A DNA stretch of 64,000 nucleotides from an uncultured Candidatus Rokubacteria bacterium (GTDB lineage Bacteria; Methylomirabilota; Methylomirabilia; Rokubacteriales; CSP1-6). The notes beneath the pieces were generated by a model. The model worked only from the letters and a program-made list of their open reading frames with translations. It was not told the DNA's origin and ran no database searches. A program made the position numbers and the translations under genes. How positions within the stretch are numbered: position 1 is the first letter of the stretch; each line of letters starts with the position of its first letter. The stretch lies in NCBI GenBank assembly GCA_963758635.1, contig CAVWWD010000006.1, forward strand, positions 224,001-288,000, in the 5' to 3' direction. This document shows positions 10,501-21,524 of the stretch, one piece after another.

Positions 10501-11034
10501 ATGAATCCCCGAAAGCCGCAGGCAGATCCGTTCGCCCGCCTCGCCGGGGTCGCGCTGGCCGCGACCCTGGCGATCGGCGTCACGGACGCGGCCGGCCAGA
10601 GGCTCTACCGCTGGACGGACGAGGCCGGCGAGACGCACATCACCAACGACCCCGACCAGGTGCCCGAGCGCTTCCGGCCCAAGGCGCCGCCGCCCCCCGA
10701 GCCGCGAACCAGCGTGCGCGGCGCGGTGGAATCGCTCCGGGCCATCGCCGACCTGCTCTCCGAGGACCCGGCTCACGAGGACTACATGACCAGGATGACC
10801 GAAGCGCGGCTGGCGGTGGGCGGCGTCCTTCCCGCGCTCGAGCGGGGCGCGCTCCGCACCGCGCTGACGGACGCCCTCCGCTGCTACAACGAGGCGGCCG
10901 AGCTCTGGGACAACCAGCTCAAGGTGCGCAGGAACTTCGACCTCCCGCTCAACCTGACGCCGATCCGCCGCGCGTGGTCGTGCGGCGTCGAGAAGACCGG
11001 CGACGCCGAGCGCCTGCTCGGCGCGCGCCGCTGA
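10501..11034 (+). CDS. DUF4124 domain-containing exported protein
   Basis: Signal peptide followed by LYRWTDEAGETHITNDPDQVP. Confidence 0.75.
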   Translation: MNPRKPQADPFARLAGVALAATLAIGVTDAAGQRLYRWTDEAGETHITNDPDQVPERFRPKAPPPPEPRTSVRGAVESLRAIADLLSEDPAHEDYMTRMTEARLAVGGVLPALERGALRTALTDALRCYNEAAELWDNQLKVRRNFDLPLNLTPIRRAWSCGVEKTGDAERLLGARR

Positions 11035-11044
11035 GGACGCGCCG

Positions 11045-12250
11045 ATGAGCGTGCTCCAGGGGATCCGCGTGCTGGACGTGGGGAGCTGGATCGCCGCCCC
11101 CGCCGCCGCCACCATCATGTCCGACTTCGGGGCCAGCGTGATCAAGGTGGAGCCGCCGGGCCGCGGCGATCCGTACCGGGCGCTCGCCCGCCGCCCGGGC
11201 ATGCCCCAGAGCGACGTCGACTATTGCTGGCTCCTCGACGCCCGCAACAAGCGGAGCCTCGCCCTCGACCTGTCCGTGCCCGAGGCGCGCGAGGTGCTGT
11301 ACGCGCTGGTCGAGCGCGCCGACGTGTTCCTGACCAACCTCCAGCCGAGCGCGCTCGCCCGGCTCCACCTCACGTGGGAGGAGCTGACGGCGCGGAACCC
11401 GCGGCTCGTGTATGCATCCCTGACCGGCTACGGCGACACCGGGGAGGAGGCCAACAAGCCGGGCTTCGACAGCAACGCGTGGTGGGCCCGCTCCGGCCTG
11501 ATGGAGCTGATGCGCCCGACCGGCGGGATGCCGCCGGGCTCCGTACCCGGCATGGGCGACCATCCGACCGCGCTCGCCATGTTCGGCGCGATCATGATGG
11601 CGCTCTACCACCGGGAGCGCACGGGCCAGGGAAGCAAGGTGTCGTCCTCGCTCATGGCCAACGGCGCCTGGGCCAACGCCTGCTTCATCCAGGCCGCGCT
11701 CTGCGGCGCCCAGTTCATGGAGCGCCGCCCGCGCGACCAGGCGCGCAACGCGCTGGCCAACATCTACCAGTGCCGGGACGGGCGCTGGTTCATGCTCTCG
11801 CTCCTGAGCGAGGAGCGGGAATGGCCGCGGCTCTGCGAGGCGATCGGGCGTCACGAGCTCGCCCGCGATCCTCGCTTCTCCACGGCGGCCGCGCGCCTCG
11901 CCAACTCCGTGGCCCTCGTCGCCGTGCTGGACGCGCTGTTCGCCACCAGGAACTGGGCGGACTGGCAGGTCGCGCTCCGCACCCAGGACATCACGTTCGG
12001 GGTCGTGGCCCGGCTGGGCGACCTGGCGGGCGACGCGCAGATGGCGGCGACGGGGACGCTGGTGCCGTTCGAGGACGCGGGCATCCCCGGGCTGCGCACG
12101 GTGATGAGCCCCATCCAGATGACGGGCGTGGAGAAGGCGAAGCCGCGTCGCGCCCCGTCGATCGGCGAGCACACGGAGGAGATCCTCGGCGCGCTCGGCT
12201 ACGACGCTGCCGCCATCGCGCGGCTGCGCGCGCGTCGCGCGATCGGCTGA
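11045..12250 (+). CDS. CaiB/BaiF family (class III) CoA transferase
   Basis: LQGIRVLD, VIKVEPP..GD, RNKRSLALDL, NPRLVYASLTGYG, APSIGEHT. Confidence 0.95.
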   Translation: MSVLQGIRVLDVGSWIAAPAAATIMSDFGASVIKVEPPGRGDPYRALARRPGMPQSDVDYCWLLDARNKRSLALDLSVPEAREVLYALVERADVFLTNLQPSALARLHLTWEELTARNPRLVYASLTGYGDTGEEANKPGFDSNAWWARSGLMELMRPTGGMPPGSVPGMGDHPTALAMFGAIMMALYHRERTGQGSKVSSSLMANGAWANACFIQAALCGAQFMERRPRDQARNALANIYQCRDGRWFMLSLLSEEREWPRLCEAIGRHELARDPRFSTAAARLANSVALVAVLDALFATRNWADWQVALRTQDITFGVVARLGDLAGDAQMAATGTLVPFEDAGIPGLRTVMSPIQMTGVEKAKPRRAPSIGEHTEEILGALGYDAAAIARLRARRAIG

Positions 12251-12355
12251 CGCGGGCGCATGGGGGCCGAGGCGCCTCGGCCAGGAGGCCCATCACGATG
12301 AATTCCGGGACTTCGCCCTCCACCGACACCGCCTCCGTCCCAGGAAGAGGCGAGA

Positions 12356-12736
12356 TCAAGCGACGTCGAAGGTGAGCTCCGGGCCTCGAAAGGTGGCAAT
12401 GTAGTCGTTCAGCACGTCACGCCCGATCAACGCCACAGGGTACCTGGTTCCGGCAACCGGGAATGCGACGATCGGAGGAATCGGCACGTCCTGAAACTCC
12501 ACATCCGCCAGAAACAGCCGTCCGTCTTCCTCACCGCCACTGGCGTCACGGACCACGATATCGTCGCTGAGTTCCTGCAGGCCCAGAGCCTCGGCGGCGT
12601 GTATCGGTATCGTGGTCTGGTCGGAACCCGTGTCAAGCAGTCCGAGAAGGTCTCTGTGATCGTCGCCGTTCTTGACTCGCAACCTGACGTATGGGCCCGG
12701 GAGGAAATCATCCAGGGGCGAACTATAGGCGGGCAC
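12356..12736 (-). CDS. Retropepsin-like (clan AA) aspartic protease
   Basis: LLDTGSDQT catalytic motif and C-terminal LIGRDVL; GTG start approximate. Confidence 0.8.
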   Translation of the reverse strand: MPAYSSPLDDFLPGPYVRLRVKNGDDHRDLLGLLDTGSDQTTIPIHAAEALGLQELSDDIVVRDASGGEEDGRLFLADVEFQDVPIPPIVAFPVAGTRYPVALIGRDVLNDYIATFRGPELTFDVA

Positions 12737-12747
12737 CTCCGGATTCT

Positions 12748-13017
12748 CTAGCCGGACCGTCGACGAATGGAGGGCGTCGGCACCCGTACGACGGGCTTTG
12801 GACCCAAGAAGCCGATATACACCGCCGTCCCGCGTGCGTTCTGCGTGAAGAATCGACGAACCAGCTCGTTGCGGGAGGCATCGAAGCCCCAAGGCTGACC
12901 GCGATGAATCGCGACGAACTGCCCTCCGTGGCTCCTGGCCAACGCAGGAAGCAACCGACGAAAGGCCGCTCTCTCGGCCGCATAGTCGTCCGAGTACGCA
13001 TCTATCGGCTCAGGCAT
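12748..13017 (-). CDS. Small DUF5678-like protein
   Basis: ERAAFRRLLPAL..HGGQFVAIHRGQ..GFD..RNEL pattern; directly upstream of the aspartic protease. Confidence 0.6.
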   Translation of the reverse strand: MPEPIDAYSDDYAAERAAFRRLLPALARSHGGQFVAIHRGQPWGFDASRNELVRRFFTQNARGTAVYIGFLGPKPVVRVPTPSIRRRSG

Positions 13018-13141
13018 GTCGCTGGTCCTCCCGGGATTCGGTACGGTAGCACGAAACGCCTACTCGCCCGGCAAGGAGGCGCCGGGGCTACCGGGAGAGG
13101 ACCTCGGGGCCTATACTGATGCCCCACAGGAGGGCACCGAC

Positions 13142-13546
13142 ATGGGCGAGATCACCGTGGTTCGTCTCGCGGAGACCGAGGTCGTGAAGTTCGGCCCCGA
13201 CTCGACCTACCAGCCGATCATCGGGAACGAGGAGGGCACGACGCCGGTGCGCACGGGCATCCAGACGTGCGAGCCGGGCTATGCCGCGCCGATGCACTCG
13301 CATCCGTACGTCGAGATCCTGCACATCCTCGAGGGCACGGCCGAGGCCTGGGTCGAGGGCCAGGAAGACCGGCCGATCCGGCTCGAGAAGGGCGACACGA
13401 TCGCGGTGCCGCCCGAGACCCCGCACGCGTTCCGCGTGGTGGGCGACCGGACGATGCGGCTCCTCGGCACCCACGCCTCGCCGCGCCGGATCGTCAACTA
13501 CCGGGACGGCGGCGCCACCGACGCGAGGGGCTACCGCTACCGATGA
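13142..13546 (+). CDS. Cupin domain protein
   Basis: [16 protein letters not shown] and [14 protein letters not shown] cupin motifs; GGAGG RBS. Confidence 0.9.
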   Translation: MGEITVVRLAETEVVKFGPDSTYQPIIGNEEGTTPVRTGIQTCEPGYAAPMHSHPYVEILHILEGTAEAWVEGQEDRPIRLEKGDTIAVPPETPHAFRVVGDRTMRLLGTHASPRRIVNYRDGGATDARGYRYR

Positions 13547-15246
13547 CGTCGACGCCGGCCCCGGAGCCGACCAGCAACTTCATCCGCGCCCTCGTCGAGG
13601 AGGACATGCGGACGAACCGCTGGGAGGGGCGTGTCGTCACGCGCTTTCCGCCCGAGCCCAACGGGTACCTGCACATCGGCCACGCCAAATCCATCTGCAT
13701 CAACTTCGGCCTCGCCCAGCAACACGGCGGCCGCTGCCACCTGCGGTTCGACGACACCAACCCCACCAAGGAGAGCCAGGAGTACGTGGACGCCATCCGG
13801 CGCGACGTGCGCTGGCTGGGCTTCGACTGGGGAACGCACGAGTACTACGCCTCCGACTACTTCGAGCAGCTCCACGACTGGGCCGTCGTCCTCATCGAGA
13901 GGGGCCTCGCGTACGTGGACGACCTGTCCGCGGAGGAGATCCGGCGTCACCGCGGGACGCTGACCGAGCCCGGGCGCGAGAGCCCGTACCGGAACCGCTC
14001 GGCGGCCGAGAACCTGGACCTGTTCCGCCGGATGCGCGCCGGCGAGTTCGAGGAGGGCAGCCGCGTCCTTCGGGCCAAGATCGACATGGCGTCGCCGAAC
14101 CTGAACCTGCGCGATCCCACCATGTACCGGATCCGCAAGGCCACCCATCACCGCACGGGCGATCGCTGGTGCATCTACCCGATGTACGACTTCGCCCACG
14201 GGCAGTCGGACTCCCTCGAGCGCATCACCCACTCGATCTGCACGCTCGAGTACGAGGACCACCGGCCGCTCTACGACTGGTTCTGCGAGACGCTCGGCAT
14301 CTACCATCCGCAGCAGATCGAGTTCGCGCGGCTGAACCTGTCCCACACCGTGATGAGCAAGCGGCGCCTCCTCCAGCTGGTGGAGGACGGCCACGTGGCG
14401 GGCTGGGACGATCCGCGCATGCCCACCATCGCCGGGCTCCGCCGCCGCGGCTACACGCCCGAGTCGATCCGCGACTTCTCCGAGCGCGTCGGCGTGGCCA
14501 GGCGCGCCGCCCTGAGCGACGTGGCGCTCCTCGAGCACTGCCTGCGCGAGGACCTGAACCGCCGGGCCGCGCGCGTGATGGCGGTGCTGCGGCCGCTGCG
14601 CGTCGTCATCGAGAACTACCCGGAAGGACACGTGGAGGAGCTGGAGGCGGTCAACAACCCGGAAGACGCCTCGATGGGCACGCGGCGGATCCCGTTCTCA
14701 CGCGTGATCTACATCGAGCGGGACGACTTTCGCGAGGACCCGCCGAAGAAGTACTTCCGCCTGTCGATCGGCGCGGAGGTGCGCCTGCGCTACGGCTACT
14801 TCATCCAGTGCACGGACATGAGGAAGGACCCGCGCACGGGCGAGGTGGTGGAGCTGCGCGCCACCTACGACCCCGCCACGCGCGGCGGGAACGCGCCCGA
14901 CGGCCGCCGCGTCCGCGGCACCATCCACTGGGTGTCCGCGGCCCACGCGATCCCCGCCGAGGTGCGCCTCTACGACCACCTCTTCGCGCGGCCGGTGCCG
15001 GGCGGCGACAGCGACGAGGGCGACTGGAAGGCGGACATCAATCCCGCCTCGCTCGAGCGGCTCGAGGGCTGCCAGGTGGAGCCGTCACTGGCCGCGGCCT
15101 CGCCGGAGAGCCGCTACCAGTTCGAGCGCACCGGCTACTTCTGCCTCGATCCGGACTCCACTCCGGGCACGCTGGTCTTCAACCGCTCGGTGACGCTCCG
15201 GGATACCTGGGCCAGGATCGAGCAAGCGGACCGGAGCGCGTCCTAG
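13543..15246 (+). CDS. glnS: Glutamine--tRNA ligase
   Basis: [57 protein letters not shown] overlap with the cupin gene. Confidence 0.97.
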   Translation: MTSTPAPEPTSNFIRALVEEDMRTNRWEGRVVTRFPPEPNGYLHIGHAKSICINFGLAQQHGGRCHLRFDDTNPTKESQEYVDAIRRDVRWLGFDWGTHEYYASDYFEQLHDWAVVLIERGLAYVDDLSAEEIRRHRGTLTEPGRESPYRNRSAAENLDLFRRMRAGEFEEGSRVLRAKIDMASPNLNLRDPTMYRIRKATHHRTGDRWCIYPMYDFAHGQSDSLERITHSICTLEYEDHRPLYDWFCETLGIYHPQQIEFARLNLSHTVMSKRRLLQLVEDGHVAGWDDPRMPTIAGLRRRGYTPESIRDFSERVGVARRAALSDVALLEHCLREDLNRRAARVMAVLRPLRVVIENYPEGHVEELEAVNNPEDASMGTRRIPFSRVIYIERDDFREDPPKKYFRLSIGAEVRLRYGYFIQCTDMRKDPRTGEVVELRATYDPATRGGNAPDGRRVRGTIHWVSAAHAIPAEVRLYDHLFARPVPGGDSDEGDWKADINPASLERLEGCQVEPSLAAASPESRYQFERTGYFCLDPDSTPGTLVFNRSVTLRDTWARIEQADRSAS

Positions 15247-15349
15247 CGTTCGCCGCGGCGGAGCGGCGGACGAAGCCGCAGTGACGGGCCAGGAGGGCCC
15301 CGCGTAACCGTCGCAAGATACGCCACCCCCGAGATCGAAGGAGACCATC

Positions 15350-16117
15350 ATGTGCGTCGACAATGACTCCCGTCCCCCCATTCGCCCCATCGCGGGCGGC
15401 TCGGCCGATGCCCGCGACCTCTACCTGACCTCGTCCGACGGCACGAAGTTCATGGCCCACGCCGCGCGCGCGGCCTCGCCCACCGGGGCGGGCATGGTAG
15501 TGATTCCCGACGTGCGCGGCCTGCACCCGTACTACAAGGAGCTGGCCGATCGCTTCTCGGAGGTGGGCGTGGACGCGGTGGCCATCGACTTCTTCGCGCG
15601 CACCGCGCCGTCCGAGGACCGGAGCGACAAGTTCGACTTCATGAGCCAGGTGCCGCTGACGAAGCCGGACCAGCTCCAGGCCGACATCGCCGCCGCGGTG
15701 GCGCACCTCAAGAGCCCGGCGGGCGGCGGGGCGCGGCAGATCTTCTCGGTCGGCTTCTGCTTCGGCGGCGCGCTCTCGTATCTCCAGGCCGCGAGCGGCC
15801 TCGGCTACGCGGGCGTCATCGGCTTCTACGGCTGGCCGCTCGGCCTCAAGCGCTGGCCGGACCGGCCCCGGCCCATCGACGCCGCGTCGCGCTACGCGTG
15901 CCCCGTCCTGTCCCTGTTCGGCGGCGCCGACGAGGGCATCCCGCAGCAGGACGTCGACGAGTTCGACGCCGCCCTCAAGAAGGCCAACGTGAAGCACCGG
16001 GCCACGGTCTACCCCGGCGCCCCGCACAGCTTCTTCGACCGCAAGTTCACCGAGTTCGCCGACGCCTCCGCCGACGCCTGGCGCCGCGTCCAGGACTTCG
16101 TGAAGTCCCCCGCCTGA
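15350..16117 (+). CDS. Dienelactone hydrolase family protein
   Basis: GFCFGG nucleophile, GGADEGI, YPGAPHSFF. Confidence 0.92.
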   Translation: MCVDNDSRPPIRPIAGGSADARDLYLTSSDGTKFMAHAARAASPTGAGMVVIPDVRGLHPYYKELADRFSEVGVDAVAIDFFARTAPSEDRSDKFDFMSQVPLTKPDQLQADIAAAVAHLKSPAGGGARQIFSVGFCFGGALSYLQAASGLGYAGVIGFYGWPLGLKRWPDRPRPIDAASRYACPVLSLFGGADEGIPQQDVDEFDAALKKANVKHRATVYPGAPHSFFDRKFTEFADASADAWRRVQDFVKSPA

Positions 16118-16141
16118 CCGCCGCGCGCAACATCGCGCAAC

Positions 16142-16195
16142 ATCGGGGTCAGGCACTCGCGCGAACGCAACGCAACGCAAGTGCCTGACCCCGAT
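16142..16195. repeat. REP-like inverted repeat / bidirectional terminator between convergent genes
   Basis: Perfect 16-bp IR ATCGGGGTCAGGCACT / AGTGCCTGACCCCGAT with a (CGCAA)n-containing loop. Confidence 0.7.
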
Positions 16196-17065
16196 TCAGG
16201 GGCGGACGCGGGGGAAGAGGAGACCGGCGCGGCTGACGGTGACGAGGAGGACGCCGGCGAGGGTGGCGAGCCCGCCGGCGATCTCCGCCAGCGCCGGGCG
16301 GCTGCCGAAGAGGAAGATCGACCAGAGCCAGGTCACCACGGGCGTCAGGGTCAGGAGGATCGTGAGGAAGCTCATGTCCATCCGGCGCAGCGCCAGGTAG
16401 TAGACGGCGCGGCTGAACACCACGTTCACCGCCGCCGCCACGAAGAGCCACGCCCAGGCCACGGGCGTGGGCCACACCAGCGCGCCCTGGGCGGAGGCGA
16501 GCAGCACGAGCACCGCGCCCACCGAGGCCACGCGGAACAGCATGAACTCGCCGAACGGAATCTCCCCGCCGAAGCGCTTCACCAGGGCGGAGTGGATCGC
16601 GTAGAGGGCCGTCGACACGATGATGATCAGCGATCCCCACCGGAAGTAGTCGCCGGGCTGGAAGCTGATCACGACCACGCCGCCGGCGGCCACCGCCGTG
16701 CCGATGGCGTCCATCCGCGAGAAGCGCTCGCCCAGCCACAGCACGCCCAGCCCCACGCCGAACAGGATGGACGTGCGCGACAGGAGCGACGCCGTGCCCG
16801 GGTCCACGTACTGCACGGCCACGAAGCCCATGTTGGTGTTCACGCCGACCAGGAGGCCCACGGCGAGGAACAGCCAGCGATGGCGCCACAGCACCGACCA
16901 GTCGATGCGCCCGCGCAGCACCACCGCGATCTGGAGCGCGCCGATCAGGAGCATGTACATGGCGCCCGCCGCCGGCGGCAGGAGCGGCAGCAGCAGGCGC
17001 GCGAAGATGTAGTAGAGGCTGTCGACGAGCAGCAGCCCGGCGACGAGCACGCGCGGGTCGGTCAC
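16196..17065 (-). CDS. DMT/EamA family transporter
   Basis: About 10 hydrophobic segments; AVQYVDPGTASLL, LWLGERF, LTPVV. Confidence 0.85.
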   Translation of the reverse strand: MTDPRVLVAGLLLVDSLYYIFARLLLPLLPPAAGAMYMLLIGALQIAVVLRGRIDWSVLWRHRWLFLAVGLLVGVNTNMGFVAVQYVDPGTASLLSRTSILFGVGLGVLWLGERFSRMDAIGTAVAAGGVVVISFQPGDYFRWGSLIIIVSTALYAIHSALVKRFGGEIPFGEFMLFRVASVGAVLVLLASAQGALVWPTPVAWAWLFVAAAVNVVFSRAVYYLALRRMDMSFLTILLTLTPVVTWLWSIFLFGSRPALAEIAGGLATLAGVLLVTVSRAGLLFPRVRP

Positions 17066-17109
17066 GGAGGGAACAGGCGACGGTTACGGGGCGGGCGCCG
17101 CGGGCGGCC

Positions 17110-17715
17110 TCACGCCGCGCCCGCGGTCGGATCGGCGAGGCCGTCGAGGTGCGTGCCGCAGTTGAGCAGGCGCACGCGCCACGGCGTCGCGCCGTCGATG
17201 ATGGTGAGCGAGGTGTTCTCCCACCGCTCCGGCGCCGCCTCGCCCGCGGGCAGCGCGAGGTGCCGCTCGGCGAGCGATCGGCACACGAGCCCGTGCGTCA
17301 CCACGGCGAGGTTCCCGGCGGTGGCGCCCGCCGCGCGCCGTACCAGCTCCCACGCGCGGTCCACCCGGGCATGGAACACCTCCCAGCTCTCGCCGTTGGG
17401 CGGCGCGTAGGCCGGCGCGAACATGTCGAAGTCGAGCTCTGCGTAGGGCGTGCCGCGGATGTCGCCGAAGTTCCGCTCCTGCAGGAGAGGGTCGAACCGG
17501 AGCGGCGCCCCGGTGGCCGCGCGGACCGCTTCCGCCGTCGCCACCGCGCGCGCGAGGTCGCTGGCGAGGATGGCCGCGACGCCCTCGGCGGCGAGCCGCG
17601 CGGCCAGACGCTCGGCCTGGGCGATGCCGCGCGACGACAGCGGATTGTCCGGACGCTGGACCACGCGAGCCGCGTTGCCCAGCGTCTCGCCGTGACGGAT
17701 GAGGAAGATGGCCAC
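17110..17715 (-). CDS. Histidine phosphatase (phosphoglycerate mutase family)
   Basis: LIRHGET, SDLARAVATA, LQERNFG, GESW, VTHG. Confidence 0.92.
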   Translation of the reverse strand: MAIFLIRHGETLGNAARVVQRPDNPLSSRGIAQAERLAARLAAEGVAAILASDLARAVATAEAVRAATGAPLRFDPLLQERNFGDIRGTPYAELDFDMFAPAYAPPNGESWEVFHARVDRAWELVRRAAGATAGNLAVVTHGLVCRSLAERHLALPAGEAAPERWENTSLTIIDGATPWRVRLLNCGTHLDGLADPTAGAA

Positions 17716-17827
17716 GCGATCGCTCCGCGCGCCATCATAGCGCACGCGACGCCTTCGCTGACCCCGCGACCCGCCGGCGGACGCCGGGGCTCGTCGGGCC
17801 GCCGGCCATCGAGTAGCATAGGCGTCG

Positions 17828-18916
17828 ATGAACATCCGCGACGTGCAGGCCGACCACTACCTGATCCCGCTCCCCGTGCCGCTGTCCGACAGCACGCACG
17901 GGACCATCCGCGCGTTCGAGCTCATCACCGTCCGGATCCGCGACGCCGACGGCGCCGAGGGGCTCGGCTACACGTACACGGTGGGCACGGGCGGCGCCGC
18001 CGTGCACGCGATCCTCACGCGCGACCTCACGCCGCTCCTCGTCGGGCGCGACGCCGAGCGCATCGAGGAGATCTGGCACGCCATGTGGTGGGCGCTCCAC
18101 TACGGCGGCCGCGGCGGGTCCCAGGGCCTCGCGATCTCCGCCGTGGACATCGCGCTGTGGGACCTGCGCGCCCGGCGCCAGGAGGCGCCGCTCTGGCGCG
18201 TGCTCGGCGGCTTCGATCCGCGCGTACCGTGCTACGCCGGCGGCATCGACCTCGACTTCCCGCTGGACGCGCTCCTGCGCCAGACCGACGACAACCTGGC
18301 CCGCGGGTTCCGGGCCATCAAGATGAAGGTCGGCCGGCCGTCGCTCCGGCAGGACGTGGAGCGCGTGCGCGCGATGCGCGAGCACCTGGGCCCGGAGTTC
18401 CCGCTGATGGTGGACGCCAACATGCGCTGGAGCGTGGACGAGGCCATCCGGGCCGCGCGGGCGCTGGCCGACTCGGCGCCGGTCTGGCTGGAGGAGCCGA
18501 CGATCCCCGACGACGTGCCCGGCCACGCGCGCATCGTGCGCGAGGGCGGCCTGCCCATCGCCGCCGGCGAGAACCTCCACACGCTCTACGAGTTCCGGCA
18601 GCTCATCGCCGCGGGCGGCGTCACCTATCCCGAGCCCGACGTGACCAACTGCGGCGGCGTCACCGCGTTCGTGAAGGTCTGCCACCTCGCCGAGGCGTTC
18701 AACCTGCCCGTGACGTCGCACGGCGCCCACGACGTGACCGTGCACCTGCTGGCCGCCGTGCCGAACCGCTCGTACCTGGAGGCCCACGGCTTCGGGCTCG
18801 ACCGCTTCCTGGCCGAGCCGCTGCGCCTGGAGGACGGCTTCGCCGTGGCCCCCGATCGGCCTGGCCACGGCGTGGATCTGGACTGGAAGGCCCTCGACAC
18901 CGTCCGGGCTCGCTGA
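17828..18916 (+). CDS. Mandelate racemase/muconate lactonizing enzyme family protein
   Basis: ISAVDIALWDL, KMKVG, MVDAN, WLEEP, AAGEN. Confidence 0.93.
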   Translation: MNIRDVQADHYLIPLPVPLSDSTHGTIRAFELITVRIRDADGAEGLGYTYTVGTGGAAVHAILTRDLTPLLVGRDAERIEEIWHAMWWALHYGGRGGSQGLAISAVDIALWDLRARRQEAPLWRVLGGFDPRVPCYAGGIDLDFPLDALLRQTDDNLARGFRAIKMKVGRPSLRQDVERVRAMREHLGPEFPLMVDANMRWSVDEAIRAARALADSAPVWLEEPTIPDDVPGHARIVREGGLPIAAGENLHTLYEFRQLIAAGGVTYPEPDVTNCGGVTAFVKVCHLAEAFNLPVTSHGAHDVTVHLLAAVPNRSYLEAHGFGLDRFLAEPLRLEDGFAVAPDRPGHGVDLDWKALDTVRAR

Positions 18917-18952
18917 TCGCGGCGGCACGCCCGCACGCCAAGGAGATCACCG

Positions 18953-19378
18953 ATGCCGAAGATCAAGCACATCGCGCTCTCGACCCAGGACGTGGAGGCC
19001 ACGGCGAAGTTCTACGTCGAGACGTTCGGCATGAAGGAGGTCGGCAAGGTCAACGACCCCGGCACGCGCGGCGTCTTCCTCACCGACGGCGACATCAACC
19101 TCGCGATCCTCCACTTCAAGACCGACGAGGCCGCCGGCGTGGAGCGGGGCCGCGCCTTCTCCGGCATCCACCACATCGGCTTCCAGGTGGACAGCCTCGA
19201 GGCCATCGCGGACCGGCTCACCGCGGCGGGATCGCGCCGCCGCCACGACGTGGAGGCGGCGCTCGGCGTCGGCGCCAGCACCACCGGCAACGTCGAGGTG
19301 AAGTGGACCGGCCCCGACGGCGTCATGCTGGACGTGTCGAAGACCGGCTGGCTCGGCACCCCGACCTTCGGGCACTGA
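18953..19378 (+). CDS. VOC/glyoxalase family protein
   Basis: KIKHIAL, FYVETFGM, GIHHIGFQVD, GPDGV. Confidence 0.9.
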   Translation: MPKIKHIALSTQDVEATAKFYVETFGMKEVGKVNDPGTRGVFLTDGDINLAILHFKTDEAAGVERGRAFSGIHHIGFQVDSLEAIADRLTAAGSRRRHDVEAALGVGASTTGNVEVKWTGPDGVMLDVSKTGWLGTPTFGH

Positions 19379-19395
19379 CCCGCCGAGGTGGCGTC

Positions 19396-19879
19396 TTGCC
19401 GCCCGAGGGCACGGAACGCGTCGATCTCCGGGCGGCGACCATCGAAGACGCCGACGCCGTGGCCGACGTGTATCTCCGATCCCGGAAGGAGCTCGTGGCG
19501 TGCGCGCCCCTGGCTCACTCCGACAATGACGTTCGCGACTGGATCCGCCGGCGCCTGCTTCCGGCGGGGCGCACCACGGTGGCGGTCGCCGACGGTTCGG
19601 TGGTCGGGATGCTGGCCGTCTCGAGCGGCACGGACTGCCGCTGGATCGACCAGCTCTACCTGCTGCCCGAGTGGGTCGACGGCGGCATCGGCAGCCGGCT
19701 GCTGGACCTCGCCCTTGCGCGAGCTCCCGCCGCCCGTTCGCCTCTACACGTTCCAGTGCAACGAGCGGGCTCGCCGCTTCTATGAGCGCCGTGGATTCGA
19801 GGCGATCGCCTTCGGAGACGGCTCCGGCAACGAGGAGAGGTGCCCGGACATCCTCTACGAGTGGCGGCCGGGACGGTGA
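19396..19879 (+). CDS. GNAT acetyltransferase (one frameshift near 19715)
   Basis: LRAATIEDA...IDQLYLLPEWVDGGIGSRLL in one frame, then LYTFQCNERARRFYERRGF in another. Confidence 0.8.
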
Positions 19880-19930
19880 CGGCGTGGCCCCTCAGAGCAG
19901 GGTGTTCCGCGCCGCGACGGAAGAGGACTG

Positions 19931-20203
19931 ATGGACCTGAGATCGTTCGCCACTGTGTTCGGCATCGTGTTCCTGGCCGAGCTCGGAGACAAGACCCAGC
20001 TCGCGACCATGCTCTTCGCCTCGCGCGAGCGCGCCAGCTTGCTCATGGTCTTCGCGGCGGCGTCCGCGGCGCTCGTCGCCGCGACGGCCATCGGCGTGCT
20101 CGCGGGCGCGGCGATCTCGAGCCGCGTCGAGCCGAGATACCTCAGCTACGCCGCCGGCGTCGGCTTCATCCTCATCGGGGCGTGGACGATCTGGCGAGCC
20201 TGA
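19931..20203 (+). CDS. TMEM165/GDT1 (UPF0016) family membrane protein
   Basis: FLAELGDKTQLA signature. Confidence 0.92.
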   Translation: MDLRSFATVFGIVFLAELGDKTQLATMLFASRERASLLMVFAAASAALVAATAIGVLAGAAISSRVEPRYLSYAAGVGFILIGAWTIWRA

Positions 20204-20479
20204 GACCGCCGCCGGCTCCTGCCGCTCTGGCCAGGTTGCGCCGGCTCGCGGCCGGCACACGTCAACTTCGCTTGACGGACTTTCGGCCAGCCGTTCTCGC
20301 GCATTGCCGGCATCTCGCGAATACCTCGCCAGCGTGCAGCGCTGGCTCTTGCTTGCGTCGCTGGCCGACGTTCCAGCGAAAATCATTCGCGGCCCGGTGC
20401 GGTACCTCGTGACTGCTTCGGGGAGCCAAAAATCCAGGGTGTAGAGTCGCTCCAGAGATTCACGCGGAGGGACTCGGCC

Positions 20480-21524
20480 ATGCAGACCGCGCTCCGATCG
20501 GCCGCACTTCATTCCTACTCACGAGAACGTCGCCGCGCTCGATCGGCGTCGGTGACGAGATCGCCGAGCTCGCCGGCGCACCTCGAGGCCGCCACCGCCC
20601 GGCTCCTCGAGCTGATCCGCGAGTTCGACGCCCGCGGCGGCTGGAACACCGGCTTCAAGTCCTGCGCCGAGTGGCTCTCCTGGCGCATCGGCCTCGAGCC
20701 CGGCGCCGCCCGCGAGCACGTCCGCGTGGCCCGCGCCCTCGGCTCCCTCCCGCTCCTGTCCCAGGCCCTCGCCCGCGGCGAGCTCTCCTACTCCAAGGTG
20801 CGCGCCCTTACACGGGTCGCCACGCCCGGAGACCGAAGAGCGCCTCTATCGGGTGGGCCGCGCCGGGACCGCCGAGCACGTCGAGCGCATCGTGCGCGGC
20901 TGGCGGCGCATCGACCAGCACGTCGAGGCCCAGGAAGCCCGGCACCGGCACCGCAGCCGGTCCCTCTACCTCTTCCCCGCGGACGACGGCATGCTCATCC
21001 TCAAGGGCCGGCTCGAGCCCGAGGTCGGCGCCCTTCTCATCCAGGCGCTGGACGCCGCCCGGGAGACCCTCTACCAGCGGCGGCGGGCGGCGACACCCGC
21101 CGTGGGTTTCATGAACGAGACCGTGGAGGCCCCGTCCATGGAGCAGCAGCAGGCCGATGCGCTCGGCCTCCTCGCCGAGGTCGCCCTCCACCAGGGCCTC
21201 GATCCCGGCGCGCCGGCGGAGCGCTACCAGGTCGTCGTCCACGTCGATGCGCCGGTGCTGGCCGATGCCAGCCAGCCCGGGCAGTCCGTCCTCGAGGAAG
21301 GCGGCCAGCACGTTCCCGCGGGAACGTCACAGCGCCTGGCCTGCGACGCCACCCGCGTGGTCATGCGGCACGACGCCGACGGGCGCGTCACCGAGGTCGG
21401 GGCCCGGACGCGGACGATCCCGCCCGCCCTCCGGCGCGCTCTCCAGCAGCGGGACCACGGCTGCCGCTCTCGCTTCGGGCTCCGGCCGCCGATCCCGTGG
21501 CCCAGGGACGGCACCAGCGTCTGA
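20480..21524 (+). pseudogene. DUF222/HNH-endonuclease-type gene, frameshifted and truncated before the HNH motif
   Basis: FKSCAEWLSWRIGL..GAAREHVRVARAL, GELSYSKVRALTRVATP, RLACDA, RTIPPALRRALQQRDHGCR, then unrelated sequence with no FPGC/HNH. Confidence 0.75.
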
